DNA of 64,000 nucleotides from an uncultured Alphaproteobacteria bacterium (GCA_944389515.1 CALXMQ010000005.1:16826-80825); one strand, 5' to 3'; positions 9,606 to 20,194 are shown, counted from the first letter of the stretch. Numbers and translations: made by a program. The notes: generated from the letters alone by a model not told the origin.

Positions 9606-11165
9606 TTACTTAGACTTTACATAACCAATTTTTTTATTTTTGCCGTTCATGTACCAATCAATAATCACTTTGGACAAAGACACACACGTAAACAGTGTTG
9701 TCAACACACCGACTGATAACGTAACTGCAAACCCACGAATCGGCCCGGCACCAAATTGGAATAAAACCAAAGAACAAATCAAATTGGTTAAATTTCCATC
9801 CAAAACCGCCTTCATAGAACGATGAAATCCGGCCTCTACCGCGCGCAAAGACGTTGACCCAGCGCGAATTTCATCCCTTATTCGTTCAAATGGTAAAATA
9901 TTCGCATCTACCGCCATACCCAATGTCAACACGATACCAGCAATCCCAGGCAATGTCAGCACACCCCCCAATACCGCTGTAATACCGATAATCATTGCCA
10001 AATTCACAATCAAAACCAAACTGGCAATAACACCGAATCCGCGATAACACACAATCATAAATATCATAATAAATATAACACCAACCACAGATGCGATTTT
10101 ACCCGCAGCGATTGTATCCGCCCCCAATCCGGCACCCACAGTGCGTTCTTCGATAACCTGTAACGGGGCCGGCAACGCACCACTGCGTAACAACACGGCT
10201 AAATCTTTGGCACCTTGCAACGTAAATCCACCAGAAATTTGGCCACGCCCCCCAGGTATTGGTTCACGAATTGTTGGTGCAGACAACACCATATCATCCA
10301 ACACGATTGCGAATCGTTCATTTACATGTTCTGTTGTCAATCTGGCAAATTTTCGTGCCCCTGCGGCATCAAACACAGTCGTCACAACCGGCATGTTATT
10401 TTGGTCAAAATCAGCCTGAGAATCTTTTAATGATTCACCAGAAACTTCCACCCGGGTATACACAGGTATCTTTTGATTTGGATCATCCATATACGGTAAA
10501 AATTCCGTTCCTTTTGGTGCACGACCAGACGCCAACTGTTCCGCAGTAAGATTTTCATTTACCAAATGGAACGTCATTTTTGCGGTCTGTCCAATCAGTT
10601 CTTTGATACGTTCTGGATTATCAACACCAGGCAACTGAACCAATATATATTTTCCACCCTGACTTTGAATAGAAGGTTCCTTGGTTCCCAATGCATCAAT
10701 ACGCCGACGAACAATTTCGATACTGCGCGACAGCGCATCATTTACCATTTCATCTTTGGCATTTTGTGAATAAGACAAAGATATCGTCCGTCCATCAGCA
10801 GTAATATCAACCGTGTCACCAAATTCACTGCGCAATCTGCCACGTGCCTTGGACACATCAGAATCTTCACGCACGACAAAAGACACCACACCATCAACAT
10901 TTCGCATCCCAGAAAATCGAATAACGCCACGATTGCGATCAATCAATGCACTGCGTGCATCTTCATACAACTGTTCTGCCTTGTCTTGGAACATTGTATT
11001 TGTATCAACTTCCAACAACAACTGGGCACCGCCCTTCAAATCCAACCCTAATGAAATCGGCTGAATCCACGATGGAAAATACGGCGACAAATTTGGGAAC
11101 ATTGTCGGCACCGCCATCAGAACACCAAACACTGCGACAAAAATTATTGCCAATTTTTTCAACAT
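9606..11165 (-). CDS. secD: Protein translocase subunit SecD
   Basis: LGLDLKGG, RRIDALGTKEP, LRSGALPAP, LTLPGIAGIVLTLGMAVDANIL. Confidence 0.96.
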   Translation of the reverse strand: MLKKLAIIFVAVFGVLMAVPTMFPNLSPYFPSWIQPISLGLDLKGGAQLLLEVDTNTMFQDKAEQLYEDARSALIDRNRGVIRFSGMRNVDGVVSFVVREDSDVSKARGRLRSEFGDTVDITADGRTISLSYSQNAKDEMVNDALSRSIEIVRRRIDALGTKEPSIQSQGGKYILVQLPGVDNPERIKELIGQTAKMTFHLVNENLTAEQLASGRAPKGTEFLPYMDDPNQKIPVYTRVEVSGESLKDSQADFDQNNMPVVTTVFDAAGARKFARLTTEHVNERFAIVLDDMVLSAPTIREPIPGGRGQISGGFTLQGAKDLAVLLRSGALPAPLQVIEERTVGAGLGADTIAAGKIASVVGVIFIMIFMIVCYRGFGVIASLVLIVNLAMIIGITAVLGGVLTLPGIAGIVLTLGMAVDANILPFERIRDEIRAGSTSLRAVEAGFHRSMKAVLDGNLTNLICSLVLFQFGAGPIRGFAVTLSVGVLTTLFTCVSLSKVIIDWYMNGKNKKIGYVKSK

Positions 11166-11180
11166 ACCATTTACCCTTTC

Positions 11181-11498
11181 TTATTCAACATTGGCAATGG
11201 CGCCCTTTGCCACTTCGACAACAACGCCATCTGCAATTTCCATTTCTATTGTTTTGTCATTTATTTTTTTGATTGTTCCATAAATCCCAGCGGCCAAAAC
11301 ACGGTTACCAACCTGCATAGAATCCAGCATTTTTTGATATTCTGCCATGCGCTTTTTATTAGGCCGCACCATAAAGAAATAAATAATCGCAAAAATAATT
11401 ACGCAATACAGCAATAATCCCCACCAATCTGTGGTTTGCGCCGCCCCTGTTGTGACAACATCTGCGGTGGTATCTGCGACTGTGGTTGCTTGTTCCAT
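11181..11498 (-). CDS. yajC: Preprotein translocase subunit YajC
   Basis: IIYFFMVRPNKKR, GNRVLAAGIYGTI; directly upstream of secD; AAGGAG SD. Confidence 0.93.
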   Translation of the reverse strand: MEQATTVADTTADVVTTGAAQTTDWWGLLLYCVIIFAIIYFFMVRPNKKRMAEYQKMLDSMQVGNRVLAAGIYGTIKKINDKTIEMEIADGVVVEVAKGAIANVE

Positions 11499-11577
11499 AA
11501 ATTTCTCCTTGCTTATAATATACATTTTATGGGTTCAGAATAGTAAAAAAAGCCAGTTATGTAAAGGAAAATAGTTA

Positions 11578-13296
11578 TTATATACGTTCAAACCAACCAT
11601 CAATTTCAGCCAACGGTATAAATTTATATACAGGCCGCCCATGATTGCATTCACCGCCCCTGGTTGTGTTTTCAATATCACGCAATAACGCATCCATTTG
11701 CGCCATATCCAGTTTTTGTCCGGCACGAACACTGTGATGACACGCATAATTGGCCAATTTCAAATGCAATCGTTCCCCCAACTGTGACGAATGACCACGG
11801 TCACGCACTTCATCTGCAATGGCATGAAATAAATCAGTCCAATTCAAATCCCAATCTGCCGGCTTTTCAAAAATTGCGATTGCATTATCCCCGAACGCAT
11901 CAATATGCAACCCAGATTGACGCATTTCATCAGCCACAGATAATACCGCCACAACATCTTCGTCACGCAAACTGACCACAATCGGTGTCAACAAAGGTTG
12001 CGATTTTATTGCATGCCGACGTAATCGTTCATACGTTATACGTTCGTGTGCCGCATGTTGGTCAACAATAACCAGGTTTTCACCACTTTGCGCCAATATG
12101 TATTTATTAGCAATTTGTCCTATGACCCGTCCCAATGGTAATTCAGATTCTGGCGCCGCGACACATGCATCTTTTGACACCATTTCTTGCACATCAGATT
12201 TTACATCATCACTATCAACCCCACGGTGCGGTGCACATACACGAAATTGTGGCATATTAAAATTCAGTTCACGCGGAACAAATGTTGTCACCTGGGGCGG
12301 CGGCGTAACATGTAATTGATTTGTCAATGTCTTAGCCAACACATCACGCAAAGATTTAATAATAAATGCACGCACATGCGATGGTTCTAAAAAATGCACT
12401 TCGGTCTTAGCAGGCGATACATTTACATCAACACTGCGCGAATCCAATGTTAAATATAATACACACAATGGGAATTCACGTGCATGCATAACATCCATAT
12501 ATGCAGCGCGCAATGCACCAACCAAAACCTTATCTTTGACGGGACGCCCATTTACGAATAAGAATTGATCCACAGACGACGCACGTCGCAATGTTGGTTC
12601 TGATATAAATCCCCGTAATGATAATGACGAATTTGACAAAGACACAGAATCTATCGCCAACATACGTCCGCGCACATCATCCCCCATAACCGCCACGATA
12701 CGTTCAGACAAATCCTGATTTTTTGGAAAACGCCATTTATTATTTAATGTAAAACCAACATCTGGGCGTGCCATTGCCAACCGTTTTACCACATCCAACA
12801 CAGACATCATTTCCGCCCGGTCACCACGCAAAAACTTTAACCGCGCTGGCGTTTTTGCAAATAAATTTTTTGCACGAATTCGCGTACCACCATCCCAATC
12901 AGACGGCCGAATTTCCCCAGTTGCACAATCCATTTGCCAACCATTTATATCACCTGCCCGATATGTATCAATCGTCATATCTGATACAGACGCAATCGAC
13001 GGCAACGCTTCGCCACGAAAACCCATAAAATTTATATCTAATAAATCATCAGATGGCAATTTAGACGTTGCATGCCGCATTATGCAATGCGATAAATCTG
13101 TTCGCGTCATCCCACATCCATTATCAATCACAGAAATCATGGTACGCCCACCATCTGTGACATCAATAACGATTTGATCCGCCCCAGCATCCAGCGCATT
13201 TTCCACTAATTCTTTGACCACACTGGCAGGCCGTTCAACAACTTCGCCCGCAGCAATTTGATTTATCAAAAAATCAGGCAAAACACGAATTGACAT
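11578..13296 (-). CDS. mutL: DNA mismatch repair endonuclease MutL
   Basis: NQIAAGEVVERPASVVKELVENALDAGA, GFRGEALPSI, DQHAAHERITYE, ACH, CNHGRP. Confidence 0.96.
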   Translation of the reverse strand: MSIRVLPDFLINQIAAGEVVERPASVVKELVENALDAGADQIVIDVTDGGRTMISVIDNGCGMTRTDLSHCIMRHATSKLPSDDLLDINFMGFRGEALPSIASVSDMTIDTYRAGDINGWQMDCATGEIRPSDWDGGTRIRAKNLFAKTPARLKFLRGDRAEMMSVLDVVKRLAMARPDVGFTLNNKWRFPKNQDLSERIVAVMGDDVRGRMLAIDSVSLSNSSLSLRGFISEPTLRRASSVDQFLFVNGRPVKDKVLVGALRAAYMDVMHAREFPLCVLYLTLDSRSVDVNVSPAKTEVHFLEPSHVRAFIIKSLRDVLAKTLTNQLHVTPPPQVTTFVPRELNFNMPQFRVCAPHRGVDSDDVKSDVQEMVSKDACVAAPESELPLGRVIGQIANKYILAQSGENLVIVDQHAAHERITYERLRRHAIKSQPLLTPIVVSLRDEDVVAVLSVADEMRQSGLHIDAFGDNAIAIFEKPADWDLNWTDLFHAIADEVRDRGHSSQLGERLHLKLANYACHHSVRAGQKLDMAQMDALLRDIENTTRGGECNHGRPVYKFIPLAEIDGWFERI

Positions 13297-13303
13297 GAAA
13301 TAA

Positions 13304-13774
13304 TTATTCCTTGAACTTTACTTCTAAAATTTCATATTCTTTTTCACCGTTTGGCAATTTTACAATACAAGTATCACCAACACACCGTCCAATCATTGCG
13401 CGTCCCACTGGGGATGTACATGAAATAACCTGTTTTCCATCCGATTCGATATCAGATAAAATTCTGCATTGCATACGATTACCGTCTTCATCTTCGGCAA
13501 CGACACGCGCACCAAACACCACCCGATTACCAGTCAAACTGTCAACATCGATAACATCTGCATTATTTATAAAATCTTCGATAAATTGAATACGTTTATC
13601 AATTTGGCGTTGTTTTTCTTTGGCCGCACTGTAATCAGCATTTTCAGATAAATCCCCCAAAGAACGCGCCCATTGAACTGTTTTTAATATTTCTGGCCGT
13701 TGTACTTCCTTTAAGTCTTTTAATTCTTTAATCAGGCTGTCAAACCCCGCCCGAGAAATCGGTTTCTTTTCCAT
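13304..13774 (-). CDS. greA: Transcription elongation factor GreA
   Basis: GDLSENADYSAAKE, VVFGARV, SPVGRAMIG. Confidence 0.92.
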   Translation of the reverse strand: MEKKPISRAGFDSLIKELKDLKEVQRPEILKTVQWARSLGDLSENADYSAAKEKQRQIDKRIQFIEDFINNADVIDVDSLTGNRVVFGARVVAEDEDGNRMQCRILSDIESDGKQVISCTSPVGRAMIGRCVGDTCIVKLPNGEKEYEILEVKFKE

Positions 13775-13873
13775 TTTTCAATCCTGTGTTTTTTGTTGAA
13801 ATTATAAGCCTTCATTTTAATTTTGCAATTATCATTTGAACACGGTATACTTTTTTGATTGACGAATAATAAT

Positions 13874-14935
13874 ATGCGATTCAGACCACGTATTTTAACA
13901 CGTTTCTTGATGCGCCGCTTTTTTTCAGGCGTCGGCCTGGTATTATTGGTTGTATGCGGCATTATAATGGCGGTCACGTTCGTAGAACGTTTACCATCAA
14001 ACCCAACGGCATGGGCGGCATTTATTGATGCATGGCGCAGATTGTTGGAATATGTCCCAATGTTTTTACCATTGGCTGTATTTATGGGAACATTACTGGC
14101 ATCATATAACCTGACAAAATCCAGCGAAAGTATCATTGTGGCCAGTGCTGGGTTATCACCATATCAAATGGCACGACCTTTTTTAGCAGGCGCCATACTG
14201 ATTGGTGTTTTGGCAACAACAATTATAAATCCATATTCTGTGAACATGAATTCCCAGAATATAACCCCAGATCATTTGGTTTTAATTGATGATGAAATAT
14301 GGTTACGCGAATCGTCTGAAAATGGATATATCACCATGAACGCAAAAAACATGCATAAATCTGGTGACATATTATTATTTGACGATGCAACTGTGTATGT
14401 CCAAGATACAAAATTCAAATTGACCCAACGGGTCCAGGCAAAAACCATGACACTGTCTGATGCTGGTTTGGCGGCCAGTGTTGCAACAACATGGGACGAT
14501 TATGGTGTACCATCAACACATGATTGGAACATGAAAACATTATTGACCCCACAAACTGTCTTAGACAGATATTTGCAACCTGATCAAATATCATTTTGGA
14601 ATTTACCAGAATTTATTCAAAAAATGCGCGCCGTTGGCGTCCCAGTGCGCGGTCATCTGGTTCAATTTTGGACATTACTGTTTTTACCATTGACAATGAT
14701 TGCAATGGCAACATTGGGGGTCGCGTTTTCCCAAACGCGCCAACGCCGTAATTACAGTTTTGGTGTAAAATTCGGATTGGGTATTTTAACATGCTTTGCA
14801 GTTTATTTTCTGATAAATATGTTTAATGCACTGGGGGCAACTGGTGTATTGCCACCATTATTGGCGATTGTTGCACCGCCATTGATAATTATTGCCGCAG
14901 CCGGAACATTTATTGCCAGCTTTGATACAATATAA
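13874..14935 (+). CDS. LPS export permease, LptF/LptG family
   Basis: 3+3 TM layout with periplasmic beta domain, LPLAVFMGTLL, SESIIVASAGLSPYQMARP. Confidence 0.85.
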   Translation: MRFRPRILTRFLMRRFFSGVGLVLLVVCGIIMAVTFVERLPSNPTAWAAFIDAWRRLLEYVPMFLPLAVFMGTLLASYNLTKSSESIIVASAGLSPYQMARPFLAGAILIGVLATTIINPYSVNMNSQNITPDHLVLIDDEIWLRESSENGYITMNAKNMHKSGDILLFDDATVYVQDTKFKLTQRVQAKTMTLSDAGLAASVATTWDDYGVPSTHDWNMKTLLTPQTVLDRYLQPDQISFWNLPEFIQKMRAVGVPVRGHLVQFWTLLFLPLTMIAMATLGVAFSQTRQRRNYSFGVKFGLGILTCFAVYFLINMFNALGATGVLPPLLAIVAPPLIIIAAAGTFIASFDTI

Positions 14936-14958
14936 ATACAACAATAATGGGGAAATCT

Positions 14959-15090
14959 ATGCCACTGCGTAAAAAGAATACTAAACGTAATAAAATAATA
15001 ATATGGACACTGATTGCGGTATTAGTGATATTGATGATAATATCATTTCCTGCATCGCAAAATGTAACTGAAATTGTTTTATATCCATGA
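14959..15090 (+). CDS. Small 43-aa single-pass membrane protein, absent from the ORF track
   Basis: MPLRKKNTKRNKIIIWTLIAVLVILMIISFPASQNVTEIVLYP; GGGGA SD; its TGA overlaps the xerD ATG (ATGA). Confidence 0.65.
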   Translation: MPLRKKNTKRNKIIIWTLIAVLVILMIISFPASQNVTEIVLYP

Positions 15091-15953
15091 ATTATATAGA
15101 TGTGTTTTTAGAAGCACTGGCCGCAGAACGTGGCCGCAGTCAACGCACTTTGGCCAGTTATGCATGCGATTTACGCCATGCAGATGACAGTATTCCTGGT
15201 GGTTTGATGCACGCAACATCATCAGATGTCCAGAATTACTTATCGCATCTGGGCGAACGCGCATCATCTGTTGCCCGACACGCCAGTGCCCTGCGTGGAT
15301 TTTATAAATTTTTAATGTTGGAAAAAATAATTTCTGAAAACCCAGCTGCGAATTTAGAATTACCGAAACGCACGCGCCCATTGCCTAAATTCTTATCTGT
15401 TGATGAAATTGAATTATTGATATCATCGGCTGGCGATACACGCAATTCAATACGACTGCGCGCGATGCTGGAATTGGTGTACGCATCTGGTCTGCGCGTA
15501 TCAGAATTATGTGAATTGCCAATGACGGCAAACCTGGGGGATAAATTACTGATTCATGGCAAAGGTGCCAAAGAAAGAATCGTCCCCATGCACGCCCACG
15601 CCGTGGATGCATTAAATAAATGGTTGGCGGTACGTGGCAATGACAAATCAAAATACGTATTTCCTGGCAATGGCAAAAGTGGCCACATAACCCGTGACGG
15701 ATTTTTCAAGATATTAAAAAAATGCGCTGTATTGTCCGGTATCGACCCCAATCGTGTCAGTCCGCACGTACTGCGCCACTCGTTTGCATCGCACTTGTTG
15801 GCTGGTGGTGCAAATTTACGTGCGATACAAACAATGTTGGGACACGAAGATATATCTACAACACAAATTTATACACATGTTTTACCAGACAAACTGCGTG
15901 AAACAGTTGCCACACACCATCCGTTGGCGCATATGGGGGAAAATAACCAATGA
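15087..15953 (+). CDS. xerD: Tyrosine recombinase XerD
   Basis: ELVYASGLRVSEL, GKGAKERIVP, SPHVLRHSFASHLL, LRAIQTMLGH, TTQIYTHV. Confidence 0.9.
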   Translation: MNYIDVFLEALAAERGRSQRTLASYACDLRHADDSIPGGLMHATSSDVQNYLSHLGERASSVARHASALRGFYKFLMLEKIISENPAANLELPKRTRPLPKFLSVDEIELLISSAGDTRNSIRLRAMLELVYASGLRVSELCELPMTANLGDKLLIHGKGAKERIVPMHAHAVDALNKWLAVRGNDKSKYVFPGNGKSGHITRDGFFKILKKCAVLSGIDPNRVSPHVLRHSFASHLLAGGANLRAIQTMLGHEDISTTQIYTHVLPDKLRETVATHHPLAHMGENNQ

Positions 15954-16462
15954 TAAAAAAATGCGATCATCCGGGATGCACCAAAGCCGGCACATGTCGC
16001 GCGCCCAAAACACGCGATTTGCGTGAATATTGGTGGTTTTGTCGTGAACACGCAGCAGAATATAATAAAAATTGGAACTATTACGCCGGTATGACACCCG
16101 ATGAAATAGAAGAAGATTGGGAACGTCAAACATTTGGCGCCCCATTAAAAGATAAAAAGCAAGCCGACCAAGATAATGCAGATTATATAAAATTCTTGAA
16201 CGATTTTATCACCGGACGCGCAACATTTGATAAAGTCCCACCACGCACGTCAAAAACAATTCCTGGGCGCGTTACATCTGCATTGGCTGTTCTAAATTTA
16301 CCAATAACCGCAACATGGCGTGAAATATCTGCACGATACCGCGCATTGGCAAAGCGTCACCATCCCGACACTGCCACTGGTGATAAAGATGCGGCCGCAA
16401 AACAATTTACCAAAATCACAGATGCATATAATGTATTAAAAACGCATTTTGGAAAAAAATAA
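15950..16462 (+). CDS. DnaJ-domain protein with N-terminal Cys/His motif
   Basis: CDHPGC...RAPK...WFCREHAAEYNKNWNYY, then C-terminal J domain with HPD. Confidence 0.85.
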   Translation: MIKKCDHPGCTKAGTCRAPKTRDLREYWWFCREHAAEYNKNWNYYAGMTPDEIEEDWERQTFGAPLKDKKQADQDNADYIKFLNDFITGRATFDKVPPRTSKTIPGRVTSALAVLNLPITATWREISARYRALAKRHHPDTATGDKDAAAKQFTKITDAYNVLKTHFGKK

Positions 16463-16474
16463 AATCAAAAAATC

Positions 16475-16570
16475 AATTATAACCGCGCAGATGCAAAGCG
16501 GTTGACGACGGGAACGTACAAAACGTTACGAGAGCATTAGTCAACCGCCAGCAGATGCGTGATTATAATT
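16475..16570. repeat. Palindromic MITE/RPE-like element between convergent genes
   Basis: 12/14 terminal inverted repeat (aattataaccgcgc / gcgtgattataatt), internal 9-bp IR gcggttgac/gtcaaccgc, gcagatgc present twice. Confidence 0.5.
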
Positions 16571-17468
16571 GATTTAGGTACGCAATGGCGTCCATGGCGG
16601 CACTGCACCCTGTCCCCACAGCCGTTGCAATCTGCATTTTTAATTCAGATTGAACATCGCCTGCGACAAACATACCTGTGGGTAATTCTGACGGAATTAA
16701 ACGCCCCATATTATCACGCGGAATATCTTCGGTTAAATAATCGGTGTTGGCTTCGTGTCCAATGGCAACAAACAAACCATCACAAATAATTTCTTGGTCA
16801 TCGGTTGTGGTCAGAACCAAACGTTCGTCATCACGTTTGGCAACTTTTTTCAAATCTGTATTGAACAGACATTCTATATTTTCGCGTTCTGACACACGGT
16901 TGCGCAAAACATCTTCGGCACGTGTAAATGCAGATTTGCGGTATACAATTTTTACATTTTTTGCCACATCTGCTAAATACAGCGCATCATTTAATGCAGA
17001 ATTTCCGCCCCCCATTACAACAACATCTTTGCCATAATAGAAAAATCCATCACATGTCGCGCAATAAGATACGCCTTTGCCGAACAATTCGCGCGCACCT
17101 TCGATTTCCAGTTTACGTGGCGATGCCCCTGTTGCAATTATAACTGTTTTAGCAACATACCTGTTACCGTCATCACACAAAATATTAAATCCAGTTTCGG
17201 CATCACCTGCGATATTTTTTGCAGAAATAAATTTAATTTCCGCCCCAAATGTTTCAGCCTGTTTTTTCATAAATTCAGATAATTCTAAACCACTGCCGGC
17301 CCAACCAGGATAATTTTCCAAAACCGCAATCCCAGCAGTCTGGCCCCCCAGTGTTTCGCCGCCTAAAACCAATGTTTTTTTACCTGCACGTCCGCAATAC
17401 AATGCCGCGGTCAACCCTGCTGGCCCGGATCCCAAAATAATTACGTCATGCATAACAATTTCGTTCAT
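16563..17468 (-). CDS. trxB: Thioredoxin-disulfide reductase
   Basis: GSGPAGLTAA, GVSYCATCDG, GGGNSA, FVAGDV. Confidence 0.93.
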   Translation of the reverse strand: MNEIVMHDVIILGSGPAGLTAALYCGRAGKKTLVLGGETLGGQTAGIAVLENYPGWAGSGLELSEFMKKQAETFGAEIKFISAKNIAGDAETGFNILCDDGNRYVAKTVIIATGASPRKLEIEGARELFGKGVSYCATCDGFFYYGKDVVVMGGGNSALNDALYLADVAKNVKIVYRKSAFTRAEDVLRNRVSERENIECLFNTDLKKVAKRDDERLVLTTTDDQEIICDGLFVAIGHEANTDYLTEDIPRDNMGRLIPSELPTGMFVAGDVQSELKMQIATAVGTGCSAAMDAIAYLNQL

Positions 17469-17717
17469 AATAAAAACTCCATCTATCTGTATATGGCACC
17501 CAGATTATCATATTCATCGTAACTGCGCAAATAAATTAAAACACGCATAAAATCAGTTGATTTTTTTACATCTGCGCAATAATATTTATATATCATGAAA
17601 TTTATATTTTTATCTTTTTACAATGTTTCATCCCCGTTTGGGGTGCGGATTTAATTATACATATATATTATAAACAATTTTATATAAACATCTAAAATAT
17701 TGACCAAGGATAAAATT

Positions 17718-18998
17718 ATGCTAGATATCAGATTTATTCGTGAAAACCCAGACATTGTAAAAAACGCATGTCGTGTCAAAGGCTTTGACGACCATGTTGA
17801 TGAAATATTGACACTGGACGCACGTGTACGTGAATTAAAAACCGTTACCCAAAACATGACGGCTGAAAAAAACAAAATCACACGTGAAATCCCCACCGCC
17901 ACAGATAAAGCACCATTGATTGCAAAATCAAAACAAATTGGTGCAGAAATTGCGGCAGATTTGGCCGAATTGGCCGACAAAGAATCAATATTAAATGATT
18001 TGATGCATCGCGTACCACAAATTCCAGACGCATCTGCACCAATCGGACCAGATGATTCGTATAATACCGAAGTTCGCCGCCACGGCACCCCACGTGAATT
18101 TGACTTTACACCACGTGCACAATGGGATTTACTGGATTTGAACGGATGGTGGGCGCCTGAAAAGATAGCACAAATATGCGGCACACGTACATATTGTTTA
18201 ATTGGCGAAGCGGCTGAATTGCAACTGGCGATTGAAACATATGTTATTCAAAAATTGATATCCAAAGGATTCACATTTATTGAATGCCCATCTATTACAA
18301 AGCCACAAACAATATTTGACGCCGGACATTTTATGGGTGCTGATTTATCTGTTATGAATAACGACGTGTTTATGTTGACTGGCACAGACAGATGTCTGGC
18401 CGGTACGGCGGAAATTGTTTTGAATTCATTACACAGTGGCGAAATATTATCTGAAAACGAATTGCCAATCAAATACGCTGGTTTTTCACCATGTTTCCGC
18501 AAAGAAGCCGGTGCCGCCGGTCGTGATACACGTGGATTGGCACGTTTTCATCAATTTAACAAGGTTGAACAATATATATTCTGTACCCCGGAACAAAGTG
18601 ACGAAATGCACGAACTGTTATTAAATAACCTGTGCGAAGTTATGGAAGATTTTGAATTACCGTATCGGGTAATTGCAAATTCAACCGGCGATATGGGATT
18701 TAATAAAGTAAAAATGAACGATGTCGAAGCATGGGTGCCATCAGAAAATGCATACAAAGAAGTTGGCAGTTGTTCGTCCATCGGCACTTTCCAGGCACGC
18801 CGCACAAACACACGTTATCGTGAAAACGGTACAAACGATGTTAAATTCTGTGCAACATTAAATAACACTGGCATTGCGGTTCCGCGTGCATTGGTACCAT
18901 TTTTAGAAAATAACCAAAACGCCGACGGCAGTGTAAATATCCCAACAAAATTGCAACCACTGATGGGTGGGCGCACAAAAATTGGTGGCAAACATTAA
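17718..18998 (+). CDS. serS: Serine--tRNA ligase
   Basis: MLDIRFIRENP, GTAE, CFRKEAGAAGRDTRGL.R.HQF.KVE, FQARR, TLNNT. Confidence 0.96.
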   Translation: MLDIRFIRENPDIVKNACRVKGFDDHVDEILTLDARVRELKTVTQNMTAEKNKITREIPTATDKAPLIAKSKQIGAEIAADLAELADKESILNDLMHRVPQIPDASAPIGPDDSYNTEVRRHGTPREFDFTPRAQWDLLDLNGWWAPEKIAQICGTRTYCLIGEAAELQLAIETYVIQKLISKGFTFIECPSITKPQTIFDAGHFMGADLSVMNNDVFMLTGTDRCLAGTAEIVLNSLHSGEILSENELPIKYAGFSPCFRKEAGAAGRDTRGLARFHQFNKVEQYIFCTPEQSDEMHELLLNNLCEVMEDFELPYRVIANSTGDMGFNKVKMNDVEAWVPSENAYKEVGSCSSIGTFQARRTNTRYRENGTNDVKFCATLNNTGIAVPRALVPFLENNQNADGSVNIPTKLQPLMGGRTKIGGKH

Positions 18999-19001
18999 AA
19001 G

Positions 19002-19024
19002 AACCGGCAAATTGCCGGTTTTTT
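19002..19024 (+). terminator. Intrinsic terminator after serS, probably bidirectional
   Basis: aaccggca/tgccggtt hairpin with T tract. Confidence 0.75.
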
Positions 19025-19045
19025 ATTATTTTTGATTTAATATAT

Positions 19046-19654
19046 TTAACGTCTATGTGACGATTTGCTGTGAATCAATTCAGCCAATTTGTTTTTTGCC
19101 CCAATCACAGGACGCACAATCGGCGCGGCACAATTCATTTCCGCCCGTTTTACCAAACGGGCCGATTTTTCAATAATCATATCTTGGTATTTTTCAATCA
19201 TCAAACCATATGTCATCGGATATTTATAAAAAGATGGATTGGTGCGATTGTATTCCCATTGCTGTACAGAATCACAAAAATCATAAAAATCTTGTTCTAA
19301 ATTTGGGTTTCCTGCAAATGCATCTTTGGCCTTGGCACATACGATGCCCTTGGGATCTGATACAATATAAAATGCATCAGCCTTGTGCAACAATCCTTTG
19401 GATTGGGCATATTCTGCGGCACGTGCATGCCACGCATTTTCTGTTTCAGCACGCGCAAAATACATCGCAGGCGTTTTAGCAATATTTTTTATATACGCAA
19501 TGGCAAATACGGCGTTCAGACGTTCATCACCTGTTATTTTATTTTGTTTTGACAAACGTTTCATATTCGCATGCGCCAAATTACTAAACGCATTAAACCC
19601 AGCGCGAATCGCATCATATACAACATTGGACATAACAATATTTGCTGTTTGCAT
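19046..19654 (-). CDS. Hypothetical protein
   Basis: 202-aa ORF with GAGGGA SD, consensus promoter and downstream terminator. Confidence 0.7.
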   Translation of the reverse strand: MQTANIVMSNVVYDAIRAGFNAFSNLAHANMKRLSKQNKITGDERLNAVFAIAYIKNIAKTPAMYFARAETENAWHARAAEYAQSKGLLHKADAFYIVSDPKGIVCAKAKDAFAGNPNLEQDFYDFCDSVQQWEYNRTNPSFYKYPMTYGLMIEKYQDMIIEKSARLVKRAEMNCAAPIVRPVIGAKNKLAELIHSKSSHRR

Positions 19655-19685
19655 TTTATCCCTCTGTATTTTTCTTCACACACAT

Positions 19686-19713
19686 ATTATAGACAAACTA
19701 TAAAAATTGTCAA
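19686..19713 (-). promoter_or_regulatory. Consensus sigma70 promoter
   Basis: TTGACA, 16 nt, TATAAT upstream of the 19654 gene. Confidence 0.75.
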
Positions 19714-19723
19714 CTAGTTACAT

Positions 19724-19756
19724 AAAAAATATTCCCACATAACTTTGTGGGAATAT
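19724..19756 (-). terminator. Intrinsic terminator
   Basis: atattcccaca/tgtgggaatat hairpin with T tract on the minus strand. Confidence 0.7.
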
Positions 19757-19780
19757 CTAAAATACATAATCACGCTAAAA

Positions 19781-20194
19781 TTATCTGGTACGAACAAATA
19801 ACATACGTGGATTTTTCAATATTGTGGCAAATTTGCTGACTTTATTACCAGATACCACCGTATTCCAGCGCACTAATTTTTTATTTAATATTTCATTTTT
19901 ATTTGGCAAATCAGAATTATAAAACATATGTACCGCATTTAATACTTCTATAAATTCAGGATACACATCTGTTTTACCATGCATAAAGCCAGTTTTTGTC
20001 GGATTCAAATTTAACCGCCAGCGTGTTTGAAAATTTGTCATTAAATGTGGCACTTTGGCAATTTTGCGTACACGTTCAATATTGCCATTGATTTCCGCAG
20101 ATTGTTTTTCATCGTTGCCAGATTTGGCATTATTATTCAGTATTGCAATCACAGAATCAAAAAATTCTGATATTTTTTGCTCATAATCAATCAT
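19781..20194 (-). CDS. Hypothetical protein, possible distant paralogue of 19046-19654
   Basis: AAGGAG SD before MIDYEQK; shares an IAKxP motif with its neighbour. Confidence 0.65.
   Translation of the reverse strand: MIDYEQKISEFFDSVIAILNNNAKSGNDEKQSAEINGNIERVRKIAKVPHLMTNFQTRWRLNLNPTKTGFMHGKTDVYPEFIEVLNAVHMFYNSDLPNKNEILNKKLVRWNTVVSGNKVSKFATILKNPRMLFVRTR

Noticed and set aside
15087-15953. Tyrosine recombinase as a mobile-element integrase
   Set aside because: Motifs and length fit chromosomal XerD; no att repeats or mobile genes flank it
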